Source of the DNA: Octopus bimaculoides
Taxonomy: Eukaryota
NCBI RefSeq assembly: GCF_001194135.2
Contig: NC_068989.1
Location: forward strand, 44,242,330 to 44,306,329
DNA: 64,000 nt
Reading direction: 5' to 3'
Position 1 is the stretch's first letter; every line of letters begins with the position of its first letter. A model generated the notes under the pieces. That model had not been told where the DNA came from. It did no database searches and saw only the letters and a program-made list of their open reading frames with translations. A program made the position numbers and the translations under genes. This document shows, in pieces, positions 38,623-51,278 of this stretch.

Positions 38623-39653
38623 CTAAAAAAGTACAAAAGGAAGAAAAGGGAGGAGAAAGAGAAAAGGAAGGAGATAATTATATATTGAAGAAAAAGGTTA
38701 TAAAACGTTACCAATTAACAGAACACAACTAAGGGATTCCCTTAAATTCCCAGTAATTCTCCCAAACATAGGTAGGGAGTCTTTAAACTCACCTCAATGC
38801 TAAGATAATAATGATGATGATGACACTAATGTAAAAATTATGGTTTTTAAACCTAATTCTCAGCAGGTTTCAAGTAGTCTCATACAACACCTTGGTCAAG
38901 TGTCTTCTAATGTTGACAAATGCCTGGTAAGTGAATTAGGTTGATAGAAACTGTAGAAGCCTATAATATGTGAGTGTGTTGGGGATGGGGGTGGAGATGA
39001 TCGTGAGTTGGTGAGTCGGATTCTTGGACCTGGCAGTGCACTGTGTTCTTGAGTAAAACACTTCACTTTGCATTGCTCTGCAAACCTCCTGATGACAGGC
39101 AATGTTGATTTGATGGAAAGAGTGAGTTTGTGCGCAGTACAAATGCTTGATCTCTATAAACAAATCATCTGTGCAGATTATTCGGCAAGAAATTGCAGAA
39201 CCATCTTTATCAGATCAAGAGACTCGGTGGCATTTAAAAGCACCCATTACACTCTCGGAGAGGTTGACATTAGGAAGGACATCCAGCCATAGAAACCATG
39301 CCAAATCAGACTGGTGTCTGGTGCAGCCCCTCAGCTTACCAGCCCTGGTCAAACCATCCAACCCATGCCAGCATGGACAACGGACATTAAGTGATGATGA
39401 TGATATATATATACCAAGTATATAAGTGTGTGTGTGTGTGTATCTTTGAGTTTATCAACCCCATCACAGCATAGCAACACTGCCACTAGTTGGTTTGTTT
39501 ACACCCTAATAACTTAGTGGTCCAGCAAAAGAGACTACTAGAATAAGTACAAGACTTAAAGTAGGGGAGTTGATTTGTTTAACTAAACCCTTCCAGGCAG
39601 TGCCCCAGCATGGCTACAGTCCAATACTGGAACAAGTAAAGGAATATATATAA

Positions 39654-39691
<38 letters not shown>

Positions 39692-41449
39692 TTTTACTTC
39701 CTTCAGACATTTGGCTGTAGCCAAGCTGGAGCACTGCCTTAAAGGGTTTTAGTAGCAGTAATTGACCCCAGGACTTGTTCTTTGTAAGCCTAGTACTTAT
39801 TCTATCAGTCTCTTTTGCCAAACCACTAAGTCACAGGGATGTAAACACACCAACATCAGATTTCAAGTGATGGCAGGAAGACAAACACAGACACAAAGAC
39901 ACACACACATAAATATATACACCTATAGACGACAGGTATCTTTCAGTTTCCGTCTACCAAATCCACTCACAAGGCTTTGGTCAGCCCGAGGCTACAGTAA
40001 AAGACACTTGCCCAAAGTGCCACACAATGGGACTGAACCCAGAACCATGTGGTTGGGAAGCAAGCTTTTTACCACATAGCCAAGCCTGCACCTACAGACA
40101 ATGACTTTTCATCTAATCTATACAATTCATATTGGTTTATCTCCACATCTACTTAGTATCTACCTATGCAAAGTATGCATACTTTGGCTACCATTTATAT
40201 ATTTAGTTTTTACCTCAGCTCAATTGTGCTCACCTTATCTAAAATTGAAGTTTTACTCCTAAAAATCCTAAAATACGTTGGAATAGTAAACCTTAATGTG
40301 CTACTGACATATCTAAAAACCATTTCTGGCCCAAACTATACATACCCTGCTATTCATGAAGTAAATGTTTCCAGTTTCCAACTCCACTGAACATCATATA
40401 ATCCCTGCAATATTTCTTTATTGTCCCATTCCCTCACAATTCTAAAGTCTAGATGAAGGGATGTCAATACTACAACAATGTTATAAATGTTTCTAATTTA
40501 GGCACAAGGCCAGCAATTTTGAGGGGAGGGTTAATCGATTACATCGACTCCAGTACTTGACTGGTACTTTGTTTTATCGAACCTGAAAGGATGAAAGGCA
40601 AAGTTAGCCTTGGCAGGGTTTGAACTCAGAACATAAAGAGCCAGAGGAAATACTGCTCAGTATTTTGTCTGATGTTCCAATGATTCTGCCACTCCTTAAC
40701 AACATGGTAATAATAAACACAAACAGAAAAACCACAATGTAGGTTGGTCTAATACAAATAAAAGGGAGAATACAGAAAACATTGAAAAAGAGATAGCAAA
40801 GAGCAAGCTTATGTGAAAGGTATAAAATGATAGCTGTTGGCAGTTACAACAAAATATATGGACACAAGATAGTAGAACACTAACATAGAAGAAAAATATA
40901 GCACGTGCTGAAAAGATAGAGACAGGAAGTAAAGATAAGAGAAGACACAACAGTAAAGAATATCATCATTGTCATCATCATTTAACGTCCGCTTTCCATG
41001 CTGGCATGGGTTAGACAGTTTGACTTAGAACTGGTAAGCTGGGGAGCTGCACCAGGTTCCAATCTCATTTGGCATGCCCTTCCTAACACTAACCATTCCA
41101 AGAACTATGATCTCACTTGGCTGGACAGGTCTTCTTAAGCACGGTATACCACCAAAAGTTTTAGTCACCTGCCTCCATGAGGCTCAATGCTTAAACGGTA
41201 CCTTTTACGTGCTACCAGCATGGGTACCAGGCATATGGCACTGGCATCAGCCATGACTATGATTTCACTTGGCTTGCCAGGTCTTCTCAAGCATAGCATA
41301 TCACTCAACATTCGAAGGATGCTTGTTATATGTCAGTTAAGTGACACTGGCATTGGCCACAACAACGATCTCACTTGGCTTGACGGGTTTTCTTAAGCAT
41401 AGCATATCGTCAAAGGTCTTGGTCACTTGTCATTGCCTCCATGAGGCCC

Positions 41450-41990
41450 AACATTCGAAGGTCATGCTTCACCACCACATCCCATGTTTTCCTGGGTCTA
41501 CTTCTTCCACAGGTTCCCTCCACAATTAGAGATAGGTACTTCCTCACCCAAATGTCTTCATCCATACGCATCACATGACTATACCAGCACAGTCATTTCT
41601 CTTGCACACCACATCTGATGCCTCTTACGACCAACTCTTCTCTCAAGACAATTACACTCTGTTGTGCATGCATGCTGACATTATACATCCAGCAAAGCAT
41701 ACTAGCTGCATTTCTTACAAACTTACACATATCCTTGGCGGTCACAGCCGATGTTTCACTGCCGTGTAGCATGGCTAATTCTAGTTTTCCCCACTGGTAT
41801 ATGATGGAATCTATTTTCTGTACATTTTTAGTGTTAATTGTACCTGTGCACCTTCCACACACAAAAACTATTTTCCCTGTTAACCTTCCTCTGATATTGC
41901 TGCACCTCTTATGTGTCCATAGCTAACACCGGGTACATCTTATGGAGTTTCTACCTACGCCTTTCTACAAATCGAGCATAGGATAAAAGA
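41450..41990 (-). mobile_element. RTE-like LINE 3' fragment followed by the tandem-unit tail
   Basis: AMLHGSETSAV...RNAASMLCWMYNVS...LREEL resembles the RTE LLYGSETW...MLRW segment. Confidence 0.65.
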
Positions 41991-42202
41991 AGATAGGGTA
42001 AAAGAGATATTTTACAAAATGGGAAGCATGCTAGAGGGAAAAATTACAGAGGATCAGAAACAGAAGACAATAATAAAGGGTACATTCTAGAGGAAAGAGC
42101 AATAAAAGGTGACAGAAGCAGAAGATAAGACAGAGCATTATTAGAGATACTATTTCACAGATGATGAGAGAAAGGGAAACCACAAAAGACCATACTACTT
42201 AC

Positions 42203-42259
42203 GGGAATAATATAAAGGTATTGGCTCCTCCATTTGGTATTTATCATTTGATGTTCCAA
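42203..42259 (-). CDS. tim: Timeless exon ((V)GTSNDKYQMEEPIPLYYS)
   Basis: Acceptor tgttttatag, donor gtaagt; 57 nt, phase 1-1. Matches IMEPVAYH. Confidence 0.85.
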
Positions 42260-42864
42260 CTATAAAACATAAAGAAACAATATTATATATTATATGACAA
42301 TATAATATAAATAAGATAATGAAATGTAACACAAACTATACTTTATGATAAATACAATAAAAATAAATGTAAAAGTGTGTGGCCTAGTGGTTAGGCTGTT
42401 GCACTCACAATCGCTGAATCATGGGTTCAATTCCCAGACCAGGCAGCACATTGTGTTCTTGAGCAGAACACTTCATTTCACATTGCTTTAGTCCCCTTTC
42501 GATCAAGGGGATATGTTGGCCTGTTCAACTAGCCAGCGGGGTGGCATCATTTGATGGCTAAAACAATGCAAAGCGCATTGTGACCAGTGATGTGTAACAA
42601 CATCTGATAGTCCAGTCGGTCATGTGATCACATGACCACAACATAAAATGAGGAAATATAATGAGTAGCGTATGATAAGATTGCATAGCTTGTACCCATG
42701 ATATAATAACGTTTATAACATTCCAAAAATGTGTTTCTTTGTTATGACGCAAATGATAATAAAAAGCATAGCTGTCACTAACGAATGAGTATGATCTGCT
42801 AGCATGTACCATGCTTTCACTAGTTGTTTTAGGTACCTGTCATCATGAACAGATACAGATACCT

Positions 42865-42933
42865 TCTCAGCAAGAACATCTCACACCTCTCAGCAAGAAC
42901 ATCTCACACCTCTCAGCAAGAACATCTCACACC
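42865..42933 (+). repeat. Perfect 3x 23-bp tandem repeat TCTCAGCAAGAACATCTCACACC
   Basis: Three identical units, read directly. Confidence 0.9.
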
Positions 42934-42964
42934 TTAATAACCATATTTCAAAAAGTATACTAAC

Positions 42965-43148
42965 CATATTTCACAAAATAAGTCTCCAAGAGAACAGTCT
43001 GGAGCCAGAGTAGCTGATAAGACATTTTCTTTTCATGTAGTTTCTCAATACAAAATGGAACGACACTTTCAATATTTATGTTCTGAATTTGTTTCTCTAA
43101 CAAATCTCTTTCTTTATCATTAGATTTCTCACAATCAGTGAAATCATC
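42965..43148 (-). CDS. tim: Timeless exon (DDFTDCEK...YQLLWLQTVLLETYFVKY)
   Basis: Acceptor gttcttttag, donor gttagt; 184 nt, phase 0-1. Matches QHLLWLQRILIECCFVK at the start of the TIMELESS_C region. Confidence 0.9.
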
Positions 43149-43418
43149 CTAAAAGAACAGTTAAGAAATGTTATAAAATTTAAAAAATAAAACGTTTCAT
43201 ATTAAACAAAATCACAATATAAATCTATCACCATAATCATATTAATGTTCACTTTTCCATGTTTACATTGTCAAAGGAAGCTCATTGAAGCAGATTTTCA
43301 GTGGCCAGACATCTTTTCTGGTGCCACCCCTCACTATGTTTTCAAGAAAACTCCCAGCAAAAGACGACTGATTTGGTGTTCTACTGCCAGATGTAGCCAT
43401 TTTACTTAATGTAGCTAG

Positions 43419-43449
<31 letters not shown>

Positions 43450-43892
43450 TTAGCATCTATTTTCCATGCTGGCATGGGTTAGACAGTTTGACTGAGGTTA
43501 GTAGGCTAGAGAACTGTACCAAGCTCCAGTCTGATTTGGCCTGGTTTCTATGGCTGGATGCCCTTCCTTATGCCAACCACTCCAAGAGTATAGTAGGAGC
43601 CTTTTATGTGTCACCGGCACAGGTGCCTTTTACTTGTCAACAGTCCTGGCTACAACTATGAATTCACTTGACATGTTTTGCCGAGCACAGCAAATTGCTA
43701 AAGGTCTCAATCACTCATCATCGCCTCCACATGACTCAACATCCGAAGATCATGCTTCACCATATTGTGCCATCATGTCTTCTTGGGTCTACTTCTTCCA
43801 GATGTTCTCTCTACAGTTAGAAACCAGCACTTCTTTATGCTTCATTTCCCCTTTGCTCTAAAAATCTATGAAAGTTCTGAGACAATCTAAAA

Positions 43893-44174
43893 CAGGGGTT
43901 TTCAAACTTTTTGACTTACGGACCCCTTTATATTTCAGGCTTTACCTTATAAAGGCTTATGAAATTTATACATAAATATTTGCTTAAAATAACATATATT
44001 TTTACATTTATTTATTTAACAGTATTTAACAAATAGGTTTATTGTCAATTAAAAGATTTTGATTAAAAAACATATATAAAATCAAACTGCCCATAAAAAG
44101 TATTTGTTGTCCACGGACCCGTTTTGTCCTTGTGGACCCCCTGTGGTCCACGGACCACAGTTTGAAAACCCCTG
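43893..44174. mobile_element. hAT (Charlie/Buster-type) MITE
   Basis: Perfect 15-bp TIR CAGGGGTTTTCAAAC / GTTTGAAAACCCCTG and perfect 8-bp TSD ATCTAAAA (43885-43892 and 44175-44182). Confidence 0.92.
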
Positions 44175-44861
44175 ATCTAAAACATGCATCATATGTTAAA
44201 TTCAAAAACACTAATACAATCTCCTTTTTCTCTTCTTTTACAGATGAATTTTTGTTGATGAGCCCCAGTTTAGCTTTCATTGGAAAGTCCTATTATCAAA
44301 GGCATTCCAACCATTCCCTCTTTACTTTAGAGTCTAGGAGGCTCTTAACTTCAATTAAAGAACTGAGTCTGACTGTGATGATTCATCCGATCTATGCTAG
44401 CATAGAAAGTGGTCATAAAATGACAATGTTGATAGAGTGCAATTTCTAGGCAATCAAACAACCACACAAAAACTCCCTCACTGGTTCTATTAGATGATAA
44501 TATTAGTTGTGGTGATGATGGCAATATTCATGATGATGATATTGTTGTTGATGTTGATGTTGTTTAACCCCAGGTCAGCTTATTTGAGTAGATCCATAAT
44601 CACGAGTTTAAAAAAAAAATTTTTATCATTATTATTATTCAGATACACAATATATCTATGACAGTACTCTCCAATGTATACTTCCCTTTTTTAAGGCAAT
44701 AAGGTTTCATTGCTGTTTCTAGAGAGTCAGTTGACTGCATAGAGGCAAGCTTTCTTGCATAGATGACAATGACAAGGAAAATAGTGTCTGTGAGGTGAAG
44801 GCAAAAATCAGAAAGAATCACATAATCTAAAAATCAAAAAAAGATAGAGAGCAGAACTTAC

Positions 44862-44979
44862 ATTTAGGTGGATAGCATTAGGACAGGCAGCTCCATGGGT
44901 AAGGGGTGAAAAATCAGTGTTGGAGCACATAGAAACGTCTGATTTATAGTCATTCATTAAAGAATTATCCAGATCAATG
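44862..44979 (-). CDS. tim: Timeless linker exon ((N)IDLDNSLMNDYKSDVSMCSNTDFSPLTHGAACPNAIHLN)
   Basis: Acceptor tatttttctag, donor gtaagt; 118 nt, phase 2-0, exactly bridging the flanking exons. Homology is not recognisable, so support is splice and phase only. Confidence 0.72.
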
Positions 44980-45858
44980 CTAGAAAAATAAACAAATTCA
45001 ATAATTAGTCACAGAAAACACAAACATGGGAAAATACAGTTCCATTATAAATTTCCAATATTGACTTTGTTTTCATATCCTAAAAAGTCTTTCATTCTTT
45101 TGCTTGCTTCAGTCATTGGATTATAGCCATTCTAGGCACTGCTTTGAAGAATCTAAGGGTTTTAAGTGACCAAGTTAAGACCCTGGTACTTATAATTTAT
45201 GTCTGGTACTTATGCTATCAATCTTTTTTTTGCCAAACAGCTTGTTTGTATATGCAAACATAAACAAACTAATACCAGCTGTCCAGCACACAAATACACA
45301 CACACATGAGTACACATACACAAAAGTACATGCACAGGAGAGCACACACAACACACACATTCACAAATCATATCCAGACACACAATCACACATGCAGAAT
45401 TTCAGAATTACTTAATCCATTTGTTTTACATCCATTTTCCCTTGATAGCATGGGTTAGATGAATACATATTACTGAGGTCAATCTCATTAACTAACACTA
45501 ATCCTCCAAGTTTCCAACCTTATACCTGCCTATGTTAGAAACAAAATCAATTAGGCAGAGAAGGGAGCTGCTGGCTTTCATCAGAAGAAGGATTAGCTAA
45601 AACTTAAGTACCCTTGCATCACTGAATACTATTAATCTACCTTTGCATCAACTGAGCTTGAATTAAATACACTCAATTTCCTGACTGCAAAACTTCCATT
45701 TTTGCTTCTTCCTCTCCAAATAATATATAAACTATTTGTATTTTGTACACTAATTTTGAATATTTGTTAAAATTATATTTTCTGGAAAATAGAATTTTCG
45801 TACATCTTTTTGCATTTCCAAAGTTAAATCAAAGAATAAAAAAAGAATATGGACTTAC

Positions 45859-45968
45859 TTTATGTTATTAGCCTCCATACTAAACAGATATTTTGCACAT
45901 AAACTGGGATCTTCTGCAGCAGTCACCATAAATTTGTGCATTACATATTCCATTACATCACTGGCTTC
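45859..45968 (-). CDS. tim: Timeless exon (EASDVMEYVMHKFMVTAAEDPSLCAKYLFSMEANNI)
   Basis: Acceptor ctgttttgcag, donor gtaagt; 110 nt, phase 0-2. Matches DWSDLIEYVIHKFM. Confidence 0.92.
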
Positions 45969-46442
45969 CTGCAAAACAGAGGAAAAGAAAACCACATTAT
46001 TATTCATAAAAAAAAAATACTAATGCTGTTGCTACTGCTACTGCTACTACTGCTAAGGCAGCAAGCTGTTAGAGTTGATAGCTTGCCAGACAAAATACTA
46101 AATGATATTTCTTCTGGTTTTATGTTCTGGGCTCAAATTCCACCCAAGATCAGCTTTGCTTGTCATCATTTTGGGATCTATAACATAGATGTCAGTTGAG
46201 CATTGGGGGGCAATGTAATCAACAACTGCAACCCTTGAAATTTCAGGCCTTGTGCTCTATAGTAGAAAGGACTATTATTATGATTACTACTATGGTTGTG
46301 AGCTGGCAGAATCAAAACCTTGGAAAAAAACATGTTTTGCAGTATTTCTTCTGGCTCTTTATGCTCTGAGTTCAAATCCTCCTGAAGTCAACTTTGCCTT
46401 TTATCCTTTTGGGGTTGATGAAATAAGTACCAGTTAAGTAAC

Positions 46443-46475
<33 letters not shown>

Positions 46476-48367
46476 GAACAGTATGATTCCAGTGCCATAT
46501 AAAAAGCACCTGTGCCAGCACCACATAAAAAGTACCCTGTACACTCTATAAAGTGCTTGGTGTTAGGAAGGGCATCCAGCCATAGAAACCATGCCAAAAC
46601 AGATGACTGGAGTCTGGTGCAGTCCTCTGGCTTACCAGCTTCTGTCAAACTGCCCAACCCATGCCAGCATGGAAAAAGAGATGTTAAGTGATGATGGTGA
46701 TGATGATGATGATGATGTGGATATAAAATACCAGATTTTGTTGTCTATTCTTTTCCATATTAACTGCTGAGCCTTAACAAAAGACCTTGGACAAAAAGTA
46801 CTTTTCTAAGTTTACAAGCTGTTCCCAAGAGGGAAGATGTTTGGAGCCCTTACATATCTATTTTGATGTCCAACTGTTCCAGGCAGTCTAACCATTTTTC
46901 ACAAATGGAACCTAAAGCTCTAATGGTAAATGGTATTACTAGCATGTTTTGCTGCTGGGCATCTCCACATTTTTAATACCTCTATTTTTAAATCAGCATT
47001 TTCCAAGACCTTTTCTACATTCTTATGTCCCAGTTTGTGAGCATTCTTCCACAAACACTTTTACCTTCTTCATTCTTAGCTCTGAAATAACATTCCATCA
47101 AAACCGTATAATCCTCCTAAATCCATCTCTGCTCACCATAAGTCTTTCCTCAAGTAATTGTTTAATGACGACCAAGTACCGCTTGTTCCAGCACAGCACA
47201 CCAACTGAACATGACAGTTTCACTTGAGGTCTCACTCTTGTTTACATCATTAATTTTAACTGATGTATTGTTAAATTTCATTTATCTGTGATAATTAGTG
47301 GTGATAAGTGATGCAGCCACTAGTGTTTTTATTGATATTAACCCTTTAAATTATTCTATCAAATTCTTGGAGTGGTTGGCGTTAGGAAGGCATCCAGCTA
47401 TAGAAACTCTGCCAAATCAGATTGGAGTCTGGTGTAGCCACCTGGTCCACCAGTCCTCAGTCAAATCATCCAACCCATGCTAGCATCGAAAGCGGATGTT
47501 AAACGATGATGATGATGATGATGATGTAATTCTTGTGTATTCACATTGTTTTGAATTAATCATGCATCATCTCATAGCTTTGAGATTTTTATGAGGTAAC
47601 AGCAGATTTTTAGAATGATACTGTAGGGTTGGTGAGGGGCCAACTGTGGCCAGTTTGAACATAAAATAAGTAGAATACTTTGGCTGTACATGGCTGGTTT
47701 AAATGTTAAAGGGTTAATAAGATTTAAAAAATTTTTTGTCTTTTGTTTTTTGAGAACTACCTACGGCATGGTTCTCAATGAGTGTAGTCAGGTGGTATAA
47801 ATTATGTCCTGTATTCCAAGTTGAAATCCCACTAGAATTACTTAATAAGGTAGATTAAATCAACTTAATCCATTCTCAACAATTTTTGGTTTTGTTCTAA
47901 TGTAATATTGTACAGTAGTAGAGATAGTACATTGTTTGTTCAAAGAAGCAGAAACTGTTATAATAATGGTAAAGAGGATGTATGAGATAAAGTAGTATGT
48001 CTGTGAGCTTGTAGTGGTAGCAGGTTGATGACTGAATCTTTGAAAATTAGCTAAGTAGCCTGTGACCTTCTTAGTACCAGTGTCATGAAAAAATGTCCAG
48101 CCAGTACACTTAAACTATTTAGAGGGCCATCATATGATGAAGGTAAAAAAATTTTCTGGAACTGAAGCCATCTTCAGGATGCAGCTTGACAATTATAGTT
48201 CCATGCAACCATCTTGTCTAAATTAGTGTCATACCACAGAGTGATATATCAGCAAATTTCTATGAAAACATCCAAACTGACAGACCAAGGAACTAAGAAC
48301 TAGGCCAAAGTGCTCTAACAGTAGAAAGAATGTTAACATATATGCTCAAATACCTGAGATATTGAAC

Positions 48368-48785
48368 AGAGTTGAGATTATGGTCAAGAACTCAGGTTGT
48401 GATCAAAACTTAAGGTTGTGACATAAGAGCTGAAGCTAAAGCCAAAAGTATAGGTTATAAACCAAGAGTTGAGTATGTGACCAAGTCATGAGATTATGAC
48501 CAATAGTTGAGGTTATGATCAAGAACAGAGATTATGATCAAGAGTTGAGCATATGACCAATAATTGAGGTTATGATCAAAATTTGAGACTACGATCAAGA
48601 GTTGAGGTTATGATCAAGAGTTGAGGTAATAATCAGGAGTTGAGGCAGTAATCAAGAGTTGAAATAAAAAGCAAGAGTTGAAGTTGTGATCAAGAGTTAA
48701 AATTATGATTAAGAGTTGACGTTGAAATCAAGAATTGAGGTTATGACCAAGAGTTGAGGTTGGCCAAGTGTTGAGGCTGTGGCCA
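48368..48785 (+). repeat. 19-bp minisatellite (CAAGAGTTGAGGTTATGAT), about 22 degenerate copies
   Basis: The tandem periodicity can be read directly from the sequence. Confidence 0.88.
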
Positions 48786-48907
48786 TAACATTCAAAGTAA
48801 TGGTCTTGAGACTTGGCTTAGGTCAATGACCACAAGAATGCTGAGACAAAATGAAAAAGTATTTCTTAAAGTCATTCCTATGTGAAGAATTCAGTAAATC
48901 AACTCAC

Positions 48908-49106
48908 ATTAGAAATAACTTTGTCATCATCACAAAGATCCGTGAATAGTTTTAAGATAGGCATTTGCATCAGAACTTCTGGGCTTTTGCAATCACCAGC
49001 AACATGATGCATCATGGTAAAAATGCTGTCATTCACACAGGGACTGTTTTTGTTAAATTTCTCCAGCAAGAATCCATATCGCTGCATCACTTTGATTGTG
49101 GAAAAT
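48908..49106 (-). CDS. tim: Timeless exon ((Q)FSTIKVMQRYGFLLEKF...VNDSIFTMMHHVAGD...KVISN)
   Basis: Acceptor tatcttttcag, donor gtgagt; 199 nt, phase 2-0. NDxIFTMMHHxxGD is the tim1-type motif, differing from the tim2/TIMEOUT-type NHCIVKMLHRLAHD. Confidence 0.96.
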
Positions 49107-49713
49107 CTGAAAAGATACAAAAATTTGATTAAAGAAGTGTTTTCCCCCTTTATTTATTTTTTAAATGTTTGCTTTTTCAATTATTTTTTTTATACATAGA
49201 AAAAAAAGAAAGCTGAAAATATTAGGAAGTGAGAGTGAAATATTAGCTAGTAGTAGATTATGTTGTTGTAGATTGATTGTTGATTGATTGACTGATTGAC
49301 TGAGTGATAGATTAGATAACTGATAAATCATTCTTTATTGATAAGCACTGACACGACAGAGAGTATTAGGGAGAGAGAGGGGGGGACAGACAGAAAGTTA
49401 AACTGACAGGTAGATTGAATAGACAGATTGGCAAACAAATAGATAGACAGAGACACACAGACAGACAGAGGGATAGACAGGCAGAGAGACAAACAGAGAG
49501 ACAGATGGATATAAGGAGGGACAGACTGAGGGGTAAACAGATGGATATAGGGAGGGGCAGACAGAGGGAAGGACAGACAGAAGGGCAGACAGAGGGACAT
49601 ATCACTATGAAATCTGAATCTATGATTATAAATTAACAACAGTTGCATTAATAAGATTAACTGTTAATAGCAGGATTAATTGAAGGCTATGTCAGCTTCA
49701 GTCAGTGATAACT

Positions 49714-50105
49714 TGACGTCATATAAAAGTACTGACAGATTAAATACTTAAAATCTCTCTCTCTCTCTTTGTCCCACCGGTTCCTCCCTCTCCTCTCTCT
49801 TTGAAATGAGTAGCAATCACCAAATTACCAAATGTTTCTTTAAACCATGTATCCTCTTTTCTTTCTGACTTTTACACATGCTTCCATTCTATCTCATTCT
49901 AAAGTGTTGGAGCTGTTTTATAACTTAAGCACACACACAGTTTTCTCTATACTAATTATGCTTAACAGTAAGTTATGGGTAAGTGTTTTTTCTGTCACTT
50001 TGGTGGAAATCAGTACAAAAAAAAAATAAAATAAATAAAACAAAAATGGTTAGTGCATACACGTGGGTGACTGGATGACAACTAAAACAAGCTAAAGAAC
50101 ACGTG
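49714..50105. promoter_or_regulatory. Intronic motif cluster in timeless: CRE TGACGTCA (49714-49721), abutting TATAAAAG (49722-49729), and E-boxes CACGTG (50060-50065, 50100-50105)
   Basis: Exact consensus matches within 400 bp in a CpG-poor genome. Function is untested. Confidence 0.4.
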
Positions 50106-50419
50106 ACTTGATATAAGAGAAGAAAGAGAAACGTGGTGGTATCAGAAAAAGTCAAACAAGCACACACCCTCAGGTACAAACATTAATACATAGACAAATG
50201 CAACTGCACACCACTACATACTAAATCATTTACTAATATATAATTCTCTTGTGTTTCTGTCTGTCACAAGAGATGACTGACGAAGGAAGGGGTGGTGACA
50301 AACTGAAGGTAGTGATAAATGATTTACAATCAACAAGAGTTTTTCTGTTTCCTTGCAATAACTAATTCAAATCATTTAATTTTGTGAATATATCACACAG
50401 AAAAAAGATATCATGCCCT

Positions 50420-51064
50420 TGCAGCCATCAATGAAGTGGATAATGGAATATCTTCAAAGAAAAAGATATATAAAACAGTTCAACAAAGCGTAAAACGCAG
50501 TTTCCTTTTGACAGCCACCACACTTCGATATGATATAAGAGTTTAGTATGGTCCTCATCATTTCTCAAACAGAGTTGATGGAAAATTCGATCAGACAAGG
50601 GATTGGACTTCAATGTGTTCACAGTCTTGATAACTAACTGTAGCACATCATTCAATCTACTGTTCATATTTTTTGCCACTAAATGCTACCAGTGTACTAA
50701 GCAATGAACAGTTAGTGTCTGGTGGAAAATTTCATGCTTTAGGAGAGATGAAAATCCCCTGTATCTTCATATCATCGAAAGGGGCTCTATCAGGTGCAGA
50801 GGCAAGAATAGTACTGAGAGGATATTATGTTCTAAGAGGAAAGACTTGAGAGTGTGAAAAATAGCTGCACCTTTTGAATCAAGCAGCAATTTGTCTAATA
50901 AACCACAGTGTAAAACTAGCTTCTGTTTGATTAAAATAACCAGCTGTTTTCTGGGCATTTTTCCCTTTACGGGGGTGGGGGGAGGTAAAATATGAGGAAG
51001 GGGAATTTGTAAAACTCCATTCAATGGAAGGGGCCACTGAGTTACAAAAAGTTGAGAACCAATG
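50420..51064 (-). mobile_element. hAT (Buster/ZBED5-like) transposase remnant with one terminus
   Basis: LNDVLQLVIKTVNTLKSNPLSDRIFHQLC...LLYHIEVWWLSKGNCVLRFVEL matches the hAT HTEVRWLSRG region. A TIR-like cattggttctcaac lies at ~51064. Confidence 0.8.
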
Positions 51065-51091
51065 TAGAGAAGAAGAAGGAGGAAGACTTAC

Positions 51092-51278
51092 TGGTTTATG
51101 TGCTGAATCATCTCAAAGTTCTGAGTACTGGGAACTTGTCGGTGCCATTGGTCCAGAAGCAAGAGGAAAGTATGGTTTGTGACAATCAAGTCTCGTAGAA
51201 ATGAGTAACTTTGGTTCTCCCAAGATCGAATCAGCAAGAGAAACATTTGTCTTAAGTCTGTCATATTAAGGAGAGCAC
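51092..51278 (-). CDS. tim: Timeless exon ((C)ALLNMTDLRQMFLLLIRSW...FLRDLIVTNHTFLLLLD...QHIN)
   Basis: Acceptor aattttacag, donor gtaagt; 187 nt, phase 1-2. Matches DLRCLFVLLLRRF...YLQDLVVTNHILLLILD. Confidence 0.95.

Noticed and set aside
43250-43415. Open minus-strand frame (ATLSKMATSGSRTPNQ...) as an extra tim exon
   Set aside because: It has a possible donor but no polypyrimidine acceptor in the required phase.
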